A stretch of 64,000 nucleotides of DNA. Source: an uncultured Gemmatimonadales bacterium. Lineage in GTDB: Bacteria > Gemmatimonadota > Gemmatimonadetes > Longimicrobiales > RSA9. Location of the stretch: the NCBI GenBank assembly GCA_963708135.1, contig OY970192.1, positions 2,496,001-2,560,000 of the forward strand. Reading direction: 5' to 3'. Each line of letters starts with the position of its first letter. Position 1 is the stretch's first letter. The notes below the pieces were generated by a model that did not search any database, had not been told where the DNA came from, and was given only the letters and a program-made list of their open reading frames with translations. Both the position numbers and the translations under genes were made by a program. Shown here one piece after another: positions 56,193 to 64,000 of the stretch.

Positions 56193-56869
56193 CGGCCCAG
56201 CAGCCCCTTGTGGAGCCGGGCGTAGGTGGAGGCGAGGTGCACGGTCCGCGAGGAGGAGGTCCCGCGCAGCCGGCCGTGGCGCAGCGCGTTCAGGAACCCC
56301 TCGGGCGTATCCTCGAAGGCGGGAACCTCGACGTACGTGCGGCCGACTTCAAACAGGGTGTGGGCATCCGAGCCGGCCCCCAGCGGCAGCCCGCGCTCGC
56401 GCCCCCACTCGACCGCGCGACGGTTCAGCGACGGGTCGTGGATCCGCCCGTTGAACCCCTCCACTGCGTCCACGTGCTTCTCGATCACCGGCAGGAGCTT
56501 CCCACCGCCGCCCTTCCCCCCGGCAAACGGGTGCGGCACGTAGACGATGCCCCCCTGCGCGTGGATCCGCTCGCACGTTTCCCGCGCCGGCGTCCCCTTC
56601 GGGATGCGCTCGCGCAGGTAGAGCCCGATGACGTCCACCCGCTCCGCCGTCTTCACCTCCTCCCCGACGATCACGCGGTCGGGGTGGCGGGCCTTGAGCT
56701 CCAGCGCGGCGTCGATCTCGTTGTGGTCCGTCACGCACACCCGGCCGATCCCCCGCCGCTCCGCCGCCTCGAGCACCGCCTCGGGCTCGTTCAGCGAATC
56801 GGCCGAGAGCCGCGTGTGCAGGTGCATGTCTACCCGGACGCGCCCGGCCGCCCCGTGATTTGCTTCCAT
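56189..56869 (-). CDS. PHP domain metallophosphoesterase
   Basis: DMHLHT, TDHN, GEEV, PHP, E.FN, GSDAH. Confidence 0.88.
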   Translation of the reverse strand: MEANHGAAGRVRVDMHLHTRLSADSLNEPEAVLEAAERRGIGRVCVTDHNEIDAALELKARHPDRVIVGEEVKTAERVDVIGLYLRERIPKGTPARETCERIHAQGGIVYVPHPFAGGKGGGGKLLPVIEKHVDAVEGFNGRIHDPSLNRRAVEWGRERGLPLGAGSDAHTLFEVGRTYVEVPAFEDTPEGFLNALRHGRLRGTSSSRTVHLASTYARLHKGLLGR

Positions 56870-57441
56870 GCCTCCTCCGCCCGTGCCTCCAGCGCGTCCA
56901 GCGCGCCATCGTTGTCGATCAGGATGTCCGCCCGCGCGCGCTTCGCGGCGGCAGGCATCTGCGCGGCGATCAGCCGGCGCGCCTCGTCCTCGGAGAGGCC
57001 GCGCTCGCGCACCAGCCGCTTCAGCCGCACCGCCTCCGGAGCGTCAACCAGCACGACGACGTCGAAGTCTTCCTGCGCGCCGATCTCGAAGAGCAGCGGG
57101 ATGTCCTCGACCGCGAGCGGCACCCCCGCCCGTGCGAGCGCCGCCTCTTCCTCCACGCGCGCCTCCGCCACGGCGGGATGGACGATCGCCTCCAGGCGCC
57201 GCCGCGCCCCGGCGTCGGAGAACACCATCCGCCGCAGCGCGGCCCGGTCCAGGCGTCCGAGGGCGTCCAGCACCTCGGGCCCGAAGCCGCGCACGATCGC
57301 GGCCAGGCCGGGCGTGCCCGGCTCCACCACCCGCCGCGCCAGCACATCCGCGTCGATGACGCGGGCGCCCAACCGGCGCCAGACCTCCGCCACCGTCGAC
57401 TTGCCGCTGGCGATGTTGCCCGTCAGCGCGACCCGGAGCAC
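56830..57441 (-). CDS. coaE: Dephospho-CoA kinase
   Basis: LTGNIASGKSTV, IDADVLAR, LDRAALR, IVHP, DIPLLFE, RLIAAQM, IDNDG. Confidence 0.95.
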   Translation of the reverse strand: MLRVALTGNIASGKSTVAEVWRRLGARVIDADVLARRVVEPGTPGLAAIVRGFGPEVLDALGRLDRAALRRMVFSDAGARRRLEAIVHPAVAEARVEEEAALARAGVPLAVEDIPLLFEIGAQEDFDVVVLVDAPEAVRLKRLVRERGLSEDEARRLIAAQMPAAAKRARADILIDNDGALDALEARAEEAWKQITGRPGASG

Positions 57442-57447
57442 GGCCCG

Positions 57448-57852
57448 TCAGTACGCCCCCGGGACGGGGATCCCGGCCTTGATGTCGTCCTCCGTGCCCC
57501 GCTTTCCGTCCGGCCCCATTGACACGACGAACACCGAGTCCTCGCGCACCAGCAGCTGGTAGGCCCGGTGCCACGGGTCCAGGTACGCGTTCGGGTCCGC
57601 CACCCACGTCTTGACCCAGGCCGGGAACTCCTCCGGTTTGGGGTTCTCCGTGCCGCCCCGCCGTACGTCCCGCAGCCGCTGGAGCAGCATCTCCTCCCGC
57701 CGCTCGGCCAGGTTCACCCGGATCGGGTTCAGCACCCGATCGAGGTAGGGACCGAGAGTCGGCCCGAGCGTGGCCGCCGCCCGCGACCGGAGGGCGGGCA
57801 CCGACGTCGTCGCGCCAATGGCGATCACCACCAGGAAGACGATCTTCTTCAT
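57448..57852 (-). CDS. Membrane-anchored protein with a GspG C-terminal-like domain
   Basis: DPWHRAY...VSMGPDGKRGTEDDI matches the GspG C-terminal signature; hydrophobic N-terminus without a prepilin motif. Confidence 0.7.
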   Translation of the reverse strand: MKKIVFLVVIAIGATTSVPALRSRAAATLGPTLGPYLDRVLNPIRVNLAERREEMLLQRLRDVRRGGTENPKPEEFPAWVKTWVADPNAYLDPWHRAYQLLVREDSVFVVSMGPDGKRGTEDDIKAGIPVPGAY

Positions 57853-57865
57853 GGGCTGACTCCCT

Positions 57866-58135
57866 TCACTGCGCGTCCCTCCCCATCCGCACCACCCACT
57901 TCAGGTACCGCTCCACCTCCGCCGGCGTGGGCTCGCGCTCCTCGCCGAACGCGGTGTGCAGCCGCCAATCCAGGTATGCCGCCGGCGGCAGGGGCAGGAA
58001 TGGCGCGCGCCGCCACCAGCCCCGCGCGCGGAAGCGCCACCCGGCGCGGCCCGCCCGTACGAGCGCACGCGGCCGGAGCAGCAGGCGCGGGGCCAGCCGC
58101 CGGACCAGTCGCCAGCGAGACGCGCTTCGGTTCAC
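57866..58135 (-). CDS. Small basic hypothetical protein
   Basis: WRFRARGWWRRAPFLPLPPAAYLDWRLHTAFG...EVERYLKW; first gene of the minus-strand run. Confidence 0.6.
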   Translation of the reverse strand: MNRSASRWRLVRRLAPRLLLRPRALVRAGRAGWRFRARGWWRRAPFLPLPPAAYLDWRLHTAFGEEREPTPAEVERYLKWVVRMGRDAQ

Positions 58136-58165
58136 CGTTCGGGAGCGCTCCAGGGAGGACCCTTC

Positions 58166-58195
58166 AATCTAACCCGCTCCCGGCCCCCCTGTAAA
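58166..58195 (-). promoter_or_regulatory. Possible sigma70 promoter for the leftward run
   Basis: Minus strand TTTACA-N18-TAGATT. Confidence 0.45.
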
Positions 58196-58228
58196 CGGAT
58201 TTCCCCATCTACGTGTCCGTGCCCGGGG

Positions 58229-58258
58229 TTGGCAGCCCGCTCACCCGCCGGGTATAAT
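58229..58258 (+). promoter_or_regulatory. Sigma70 promoter for the E1 gene
   Basis: TTGGCA-N18-TATAAT with a perfect -10 box, about 40 bp before the ATG. Confidence 0.65.
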
Positions 58259-58296
58259 ACCAGGGCCGTTCCTCACTCTCATGCGAGCAGGGGCCC

Positions 58297-60432
58297 ATGG
58301 CGACGAAAGCGAAGAATGCCCGCCCGGGCAAACGCCACGGCGGGCTGGATGGCGAGACCCTCCTGCGGCTCTACCGCATCATGTTCGAGAGCCGCCGCAC
58401 CGATGACCAGGAGATCCTGCTCAAGCGGCAGAACAAGATCTTCTTTCAGATCTCCGGAGCCGGGCACGAGGGCATCCAGGTCGCCGTCGCGGAGCACCTC
58501 CGGCCCGGCCGCGACTGGTTCTACCTCTACTATCGGGATCGCGCGCTGGCGCTCGCGCTCGGCCTGACCACCTACGAGCAGCTGCTCGAGGCGGTCGGCG
58601 CCGAGACCTGTCCGGCCAGCGGCGGCCGCCAGATGCCGGCCCACTGGGGGAAGCGCTCCATCCGGCTCACCAGCACCTCCTCGCCCACGGGCACGCAGTT
58701 CCTGCAGTCCGTCGGCTGCGCCGAGGCCGGCTGGCGCGCCTCCCTCGTCGACGAGATGCGCGCCGCCATCGAGGACTTCGACGATGACGAGGTCGTGCTC
58801 TGCACGACCGGAGAGGGCCAGACCGCCGAAGGCGAGTTCTGGGAGGCGCTCAACAGCGCCTGCAACCTGAGGCTCCCCGTCGTCTTCCTCATCGAGGACA
58901 ACGGCTATGCCATCTCCGTCCCGAAGGAGGTCGGCATCGCAGGGGGCAGCGTGAGCAAGCTGGCCAGCGGCTTCCCGGACCTCCGCATCGAGGAGGTGGA
59001 TGGCTGCGATGTGCTGGCCAGCTACGCGGCGGCCGGCCGCGCCGTACGCTACGCCCGGGAGCGAAAGGGTCCCGCGCTCATCCACGCTCACGTCGTCCGA
59101 CCCTACTCCCACTCGATGTCCGACGACGAGCGCGCCTACAAGCCCGAGGAGGAGCGTCAGGCCGAGGCCGGACGCGACCCCATCGCCGTGCTGCGCGCCT
59201 TCCTGATCGACGAGGGCATCGCCGATGCGGAGGCCCTCGATGCGCTCGAGCAGGAGGTCCTCGCCTCGGTCAAGGCGGCCTCCGACCGGGCCGTCGAGCA
59301 GCCCCAGCCGCCCAGGGACTCCGCGCTCCGCTTCCTCTACTCCGACGACGCGGATCCGACCGACCGCGAGGCGTTCGACACGGAGGACGATCCGCACTGG
59401 CAGGGGGAGGCGACCACCATGGTGGACCTCCTCAACGCGTGCCTCCGCGACGAGATGACCCGCGACCCGCGCGTCGTCCTGTTCGGCGAGGACGTCGCCG
59501 ATGTCTCCCGCGAGCAGTACCTCGAGGAGGTGAAGGGGAAGGGCGGCGTCTTCAAGGTCACCTACGGCCTGCAGCGCCGCTTCGGCTCAGCCCGCGTCTT
59601 CAATTCCCCGCTCGCCGAGGCCAACATCGTCGGTCGCGCCATCGGCATGGCGACGCGCGGCCTCAAGCCCGTGGCCGAGATCCAGTTCTTCGACTACATC
59701 TGGCCGGCCATGATGCAGATCCGCAACGAGATGGCCACCATGCGCTACCGCTCCGGCGGCACCTGGGCGGCACCCGTCGTCATCCGCGTCACCTACGGCG
59801 GCTACCTGAAGGGCGGCGCGATTTACCACTCCCAGACGGGAGAGACGCTCTTCACCCATACGCCCGGGCTGCGCGTGATCATGCCCTCAACCGCCGTGGA
59901 TGCGAACGGCCTGCTGCGCACCGCCATCCGCTGCGGCGATCCGGTCATGTTCCTCGAGCACAAGCACCTCTACCGACAGGTCTACAACAAGGGCCGCGAC
60001 CCCGGCCCCGACTTCATGATCCCCTTCGGCAAGGCGAAGCTCGTCCGGGAGGGGACGGACCTCACCATCGTGACCTGCGGCGCGCTCGTGAAGCGCTCGC
60101 TCGATGCCGCCCAGATGGCAGCCGACCGCCACGGCATTAGCGCCGAGGTGATCGACCTGCGCTCGCTGAGCCCGCTCGACATGGACACGATCCGCGCCTC
60201 CGTCAAGAAGACGAGCAAGGTCATCGTCGCCCACGAGGACGCGCTCTCGTGGGGCATCGGCGCCGAGATCTCGGCGCGCATCGCGGACGAGCTCTTCGAG
60301 TGGCTGGACGGCCCCGTCCGCCGCGTCGCCTCCCTCGACACCTGGGTGGCCTACGCGCCCCAGCTCGAGGAGGAGATCCTCCCCAACGCCGACGACGTGC
60401 TCGCCGCCATCGAGGAGCTTTACCGCTACTGA
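58297..60432 (+). CDS. 2-oxoacid dehydrogenase E1, fused alpha/beta subunit (probably branched-chain type)
   Basis: GAGHE, YYRDR, GRQMPAH, ThDP motif GEG...[14 protein letters not shown]; beta part [37 protein letters not shown]. Confidence 0.93.
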   Translation: MATKAKNARPGKRHGGLDGETLLRLYRIMFESRRTDDQEILLKRQNKIFFQISGAGHEGIQVAVAEHLRPGRDWFYLYYRDRALALALGLTTYEQLLEAVGAETCPASGGRQMPAHWGKRSIRLTSTSSPTGTQFLQSVGCAEAGWRASLVDEMRAAIEDFDDDEVVLCTTGEGQTAEGEFWEALNSACNLRLPVVFLIEDNGYAISVPKEVGIAGGSVSKLASGFPDLRIEEVDGCDVLASYAAAGRAVRYARERKGPALIHAHVVRPYSHSMSDDERAYKPEEERQAEAGRDPIAVLRAFLIDEGIADAEALDALEQEVLASVKAASDRAVEQPQPPRDSALRFLYSDDADPTDREAFDTEDDPHWQGEATTMVDLLNACLRDEMTRDPRVVLFGEDVADVSREQYLEEVKGKGGVFKVTYGLQRRFGSARVFNSPLAEANIVGRAIGMATRGLKPVAEIQFFDYIWPAMMQIRNEMATMRYRSGGTWAAPVVIRVTYGGYLKGGAIYHSQTGETLFTHTPGLRVIMPSTAVDANGLLRTAIRCGDPVMFLEHKHLYRQVYNKGRDPGPDFMIPFGKAKLVREGTDLTIVTCGALVKRSLDAAQMAADRHGISAEVIDLRSLSPLDMDTIRASVKKTSKVIVAHEDALSWGIGAEISARIADELFEWLDGPVRRVASLDTWVAYAPQLEEEILPNADDVLAAIEELYRY

Positions 60433-60461
60433 GCGGGCGTGGGATACCGGTCGGCGCGGGA

Positions 60462-61046
60462 TCAGGCAGGCCTTTCCCGCTCCCCCGGCGCGTAGCCGGA
60501 CGGCAGCACGACGTGTTTCGTCAGCGTGCCCGCCGCCTCGAACCCCGCCGCCTCGTAGGTGGGGATCGCGCGCGGATGGTCCAGCGTGCAGGTGTTTACC
60601 GTGACGAGCGCGGGCTCCGTCCGCCACGCCCGCCGCAGCGCCTCGCCAAGGAACCAGCGGCCGAGTCCCTGCCCAATGTGGCCGGGGACGAGCCCGAAGT
60701 AGGCGAGCTCCACGCGCCGCGGCTCCCTCCGGTCCAGCTCGGCGTAACCGGCCACCCGACCCGCCACATACAGCACGTGCACCTCCACCAGCGGATCGGC
60801 CAGGATCGCCGCCAGCTCGGCGTCGGAGAGGCGAGTCCTCTCGTACCACGACCAGCGCCGCCCCACCGCCTCGTAGAGGAACCGGTAGAAGGCGACGCCG
60901 GGTCGTACCACATGTTCCACCGCGACATCCTCGCGCGCCGCCTCCGCCGGCGCGCCACCTTCCGGCGGAGACCGCATCTCCAGGAAGGTGACCGTCACCT
61001 CGGTGGGCGTGCCTGCCCCCGCCCCGGGCGCCGCCTCGCGGCTCAC
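60462..61046 (-). CDS. GNAT family N-acetyltransferase
   Basis: GTG overlaps the upstream TGA; FYRFLYEAVG, YFGLVPGHIGQGLG motif A, TCTLDHPRAIPTY. Confidence 0.88.
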   Translation of the reverse strand: MSREAAPGAGAGTPTEVTVTFLEMRSPPEGGAPAEAAREDVAVEHVVRPGVAFYRFLYEAVGRRWSWYERTRLSDAELAAILADPLVEVHVLYVAGRVAGYAELDRREPRRVELAYFGLVPGHIGQGLGRWFLGEALRRAWRTEPALVTVNTCTLDHPRAIPTYEAAGFEAAGTLTKHVVLPSGYAPGERERPA

Positions 61047-62311
61047 GCCTCCTCCGCGATCATCGCCACAAGGCGGTCGATCTCTTCGGGCGAGTTGTAG
61101 ATGTGCGGCGAGAGCCGCATCCAGCCGTAGTCGTACTCGCCGATCACGCGCGTCCGTACGTTCGCCTTCTCCGCCAGCCGCTTCTGCAGCTCCAGGGAGG
61201 GCACGCGCTCCAGCTTGAAGGCCACCATCCCGGCCACCAGCTCGCGCCGCGTCGGCGAGACCACGTGGACACCCGGCAGCGCACGCAGCGCGCCGTCCAG
61301 GCGGCTCCGCAGCCAGCGGCCGCGCGCCTCGATACGGTCGATTCCGATCGCCTCCTGGAACGCCAGCGCCGCGAAGAGCCCTGCCATCCGCGACTCGTCG
61401 AAGGTGCCCAGGTGGTTGAATCGCTGCGCGCCCAGCTTCGTGTCGTCCCAGCCGCCGGACGCCAGCGTCGGCCACAGCTTCGTGCGCCACGGCTCGCGCA
61501 TGTAGAGGAAGCCCGTACCCTGCGGCGCGAGCAGCCACTTATGCGGCGAGGAGGCGTAGAAATCGGCGTCCAGCGCGCGCAGATCCACCCGCATCATCCC
61601 CGGGGGATGGGCGCCGTCTACCACGGCCACGAGCCCGTGCTCGCGGGCCAGCGCGACCAGCTCCCGAACCGGCATGAGCAGACCGGTCGTGAACGTCACG
61701 TGCGAGAAGGAGAGCACCCGGGTCCGGGGCGTGATCGCACGCCGGAAGATATCCACGACCTGCCCGCCATCTTGCGGCGGCACGGGAAGCGACAGCTGCC
61801 GGAGCGTCAGGTGCCGCCGCGCCGCGGCGAGCTGCCAGCAGCACAGCCCTCCGATGTGCTCGTGGTCCGTGGTCAGGATCTCGTCCCCGGCCGAGAGATC
61901 CAGCCCGTTCGCGACGAAGTTCATCCCCTCGGTCGTGTTGCGCGGGAAGACGAACCCCTCGGCATCGCCGTTCACGAACCGGCCCAGCCGCCCCTTCAAG
62001 GCGTCCCAGTCCACGCCCGGAGGATAGGTCATTGCCACCCGCCGCATGTCCTCTACCGCCGCATCCAGCACCACCCGCGGCTGCGGGCCCAGCGTGCCCA
62101 CGTTGATGTAGAGTCGATCGTCCGGAATCAGGAACGCCTCCCGCACGACGCGCCAGAGATCCTCGCCCGCCTCCGGCCCCCGCCAACCTCCGCCGCCTGC
62201 GCGCCCGAGCCCGGCCTCCAGCGCCTCGAGCGCCCTCGGCCACGCGAGCGTAGCCGCCCCCGCCCCGAGCCCCAGCCGCCTCAGAAACTCCCGCCGATCA
62301 CGTCCCGCCAT
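61043..62311 (-). CDS. Tat-exported class V PLP-dependent enzyme (isopenicillin N epimerase-like)
   Basis: Tat motif DRREFL; YINVGTLG, RNTTEG, EH, VDGAH, SSPHKW (PLP Lys), RLSPHIYN. Confidence 0.88.
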   Translation of the reverse strand: MAGRDRREFLRRLGLGAGAATLAWPRALEALEAGLGRAGGGGWRGPEAGEDLWRVVREAFLIPDDRLYINVGTLGPQPRVVLDAAVEDMRRVAMTYPPGVDWDALKGRLGRFVNGDAEGFVFPRNTTEGMNFVANGLDLSAGDEILTTDHEHIGGLCCWQLAAARRHLTLRQLSLPVPPQDGGQVVDIFRRAITPRTRVLSFSHVTFTTGLLMPVRELVALAREHGLVAVVDGAHPPGMMRVDLRALDADFYASSPHKWLLAPQGTGFLYMREPWRTKLWPTLASGGWDDTKLGAQRFNHLGTFDESRMAGLFAALAFQEAIGIDRIEARGRWLRSRLDGALRALPGVHVVSPTRRELVAGMVAFKLERVPSLELQKRLAEKANVRTRVIGEYDYGWMRLSPHIYNSPEEIDRLVAMIAEEA

Positions 62312-62340
62312 CAGCCCTCCAGCAGCCAGCGTCCATCCTG

Positions 62341-62406
62341 CCCCCGAGCTCCGAGCCCCGAACCCCGATCCCCGACCCTCGAGCTCCTGGCGTCCCGCAT
62401 CCCCGA
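62341..62406. repeat. Degenerate intergenic heptamer repeat (CCCCGAN)n
   Basis: ccccgag ctccgag ccccgaa ccccgat ccccgac cctcgag. Confidence 0.7.
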
Positions 62407-62456
62407 TGATGCTCCCCCCTCGCGGATCCCCGCAACCCGCCTATCTTTCGCCCGCC

Positions 62457-63551
62457 ATGGCATCCACCATCCGGTTCCTGCGCCAGTACCTCCGCCCCCG
62501 CCCCGAGGCGGTGCGCGCCGAGGCTGCGGAGTACGTCCGCGATCGACGGCGGCTTCCCGCGGACGTGTACCGCCCCGCCCGCCGCTCCGGGCGCCTCCCG
62601 GCCTGGGTGCTGCTCCACGGCCTCACCTGGTCGGGACGGGAGCACCCCTCGCTCGTGCCCTTCGCGCGCGCCGTCGCGGCCAGCGGCGCCGTCGTCTGCG
62701 TGCCGGACATCCCGGAGTGGCGCGACCTGCGCGTGGCTCCCGCCGTGACCGGCCCCTCCATCGCCGCGGCGGCCGACGTCCTCGCGGCGCGCGGCGATGT
62801 GGACGCGGAGCGCATCGGCGTGATCGGCTTCTCCTTCGGCGCGACCCAGGCGCTCGTGGCCGCCGCCGAGCCGGCGCTCGCGGCGAGGATCAGCGGCATT
62901 GCCGCCTGGGGCGGCTATGCGGACGTCCACAGCCTGTTCCACTTCGGGATTACGGGGGAGTACGAGCTGGACGGCCGCCATTACCACGCGGACCCCGACC
63001 CGTACGGCGGCTGGGTCATGGGCTCCAACTACCTTCCGGCCGTGCCAGGCGTGGACTCCGCCGCTCCGCTCGCCGACGCGCTTCGCCAGCTCGCCGTGGC
63101 CGCCGGGAAGGCGGGCATCTACGCGGCCGACGCCTCCTTCGATCCGCTGAAGCTGCGGCTGCGCGAGGAGATCCCGCCTGAGGGTCGGCCGCTCCTCGAC
63201 CTCTTCGCGCCACGCGCCGGCGACAGGGTCAACAGGGACCGGGCGGGCGAGATCGCGCGCGAGCTCGCCGACGCCGCCATCCGCGTGGACCCGATGTTCG
63301 ATCCGACCCCCGCCCTGCCACACGTCACGACGCGCACCTTTCTGGCCCATGGCCGCGACGACCGCCTGGTTCCCTTCACCGAGAGCTACCGGCTCCACCG
63401 GCGGCTCCCACCCGGGATCTCGCGCGGGGTGACCGTCACTTCGCTTTTCGCCCACTCCGGCGGGACCCTCGAGGACCTCGGCCCCCTCGGGATCCTGCGC
63501 GAGGGCGCCCGCTTCGTGCGCCTGCTCAACGGAATTCTGGACCTCGTTTGA
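62457..63551 (+). CDS. Alpha/beta hydrolase fold protein
   Basis: Start MASTIRFL; VLLHG, IGVIGFSFG nucleophile elbow, AHGRDDRLVP, C-terminal His. Confidence 0.75.
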   Translation: MASTIRFLRQYLRPRPEAVRAEAAEYVRDRRRLPADVYRPARRSGRLPAWVLLHGLTWSGREHPSLVPFARAVAASGAVVCVPDIPEWRDLRVAPAVTGPSIAAAADVLAARGDVDAERIGVIGFSFGATQALVAAAEPALAARISGIAAWGGYADVHSLFHFGITGEYELDGRHYHADPDPYGGWVMGSNYLPAVPGVDSAAPLADALRQLAVAAGKAGIYAADASFDPLKLRLREEIPPEGRPLLDLFAPRAGDRVNRDRAGEIARELADAAIRVDPMFDPTPALPHVTTRTFLAHGRDDRLVPFTESYRLHRRLPPGISRGVTVTSLFAHSGGTLEDLGPLGILREGARFVRLLNGILDLV

Positions 63552-63688
63552 GCCCCGCCCTATCTTGGACGTTACTCCTCGGTGAAACCACGCCCAGGGT
63601 TCTTGGGTACAGAAGCTCGACGCCGGACCGCACCGCTCCCGGAGCGGCGGCTCATCGCCATCAACGTCAACCAGTGCTGGAGCTGTCG

Positions 63689-64000
63689 ATGGATTCTTCG
63701 GCGATCCCCGTCTTCCGCGCCGGTCCGTATCCGGTGCTGCACACGGCTCGCGTGGACGTCCTGCAGTCGGAAGTGGAGCTGGACGTCGCCCTGCTGATCA
63801 AGGGGCTGCCCACGCTGCTCGCCTCGACCGCGTTTCCACTTGACGATACCTGGGAGCGGGTGGAGGCTGCGCTGGAGAGCGGGGATGCGCGGCTCGGCGT
63901 CGCGGGAATGCCCCACGTCACCGAGTCGCTGCACGGGCTGCGCGAGACCTTCCCCTCCGCCTATGTCGGACTGGAATGCGCCAACGGCGAGCGCCTGGTG
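63689..64000 (+). CDS. Hypothetical protein; 3' end runs off the window
   Basis: GGAG RBS; MDSSAIPVFRAGPYPVLHTARVDVLQSEVELDVALLIKGLPTLLASTAF... is open to the edge with GC3-rich codons. Confidence 0.6.
   Translation, partial: MDSSAIPVFRAGPYPVLHTARVDVLQSEVELDVALLIKGLPTLLASTAFPLDDTWERVEAALESGDARLGVAGMPHVTESLHGLRETFPSAYVGLECANGERLV

Noticed and set aside
58297..60432. Fused E1 alpha/beta without adjacent E2/E3 as a novelty
   Set aside because: Such fusions are well known in several phyla, and E2/E3 are often encoded elsewhere.

Overview
A very GC-rich (about 70-75% by eye), densely coding bacterial chromosomal segment with about 50 protein genes. I found no rRNA, tRNA, CRISPR array, transposase, integrase or phage genes. 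Gene content and style suggest Gemmatimonadota or a similar soil/sediment lineage (inference only). Main blocks: (1) 1-19.9 kb, mostly minus-strand secreted hydrolases and small enzymes: tricorn-type S41 protease, L,D-transpeptidase, serine hydrolase, GH20 hexosaminidase, two DinB proteins, a GHKL/MORC-like ATPase coupled to a PP-loop ATPase, and a GGT. (2) Class II ribonucleotide reductase nrdJ with tandem NrdR boxes. (3) 23.7-37.5 kb, an extended peptidoglycan-salvage locus: murQ, anmK, HEAT lipoprotein, nagZ, GT-C glycosyltransferase, lipoprotein amidase, and a HExxH/PD40/Omp85-like protein, with a divergent M20 amidohydrolase. (4) A second GGT, a PD40-amidohydrolase, a lipoprotein with a sigma54-type promoter, an ABC exporter half, ccdA and an alkaline-phosphatase-family gene. 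(5) A minus-strand run of gspG-like, coaE, PHP, nrnA-like, TIGR00300/ornithine-cyclodeaminase-like, fur, speA and speB. (6) A fused 2-oxoacid dehydrogenase E1, a Tat-exported class V PLP enzyme, a GNAT and an alpha/beta hydrolase. The best candidates for something undescribed are the peptidoglycan-salvage locus with its uncharacterised envelope proteins, the GHKL plus PP-loop pair, a hairpin/upstream-ORF leader ahead of speA, and two divergent genes that appear to share one CATG start site. All calls come from motif recognition by eye; no database searches were run. Most long ORFs in the supplied track are antisense shadows caused by high GC.
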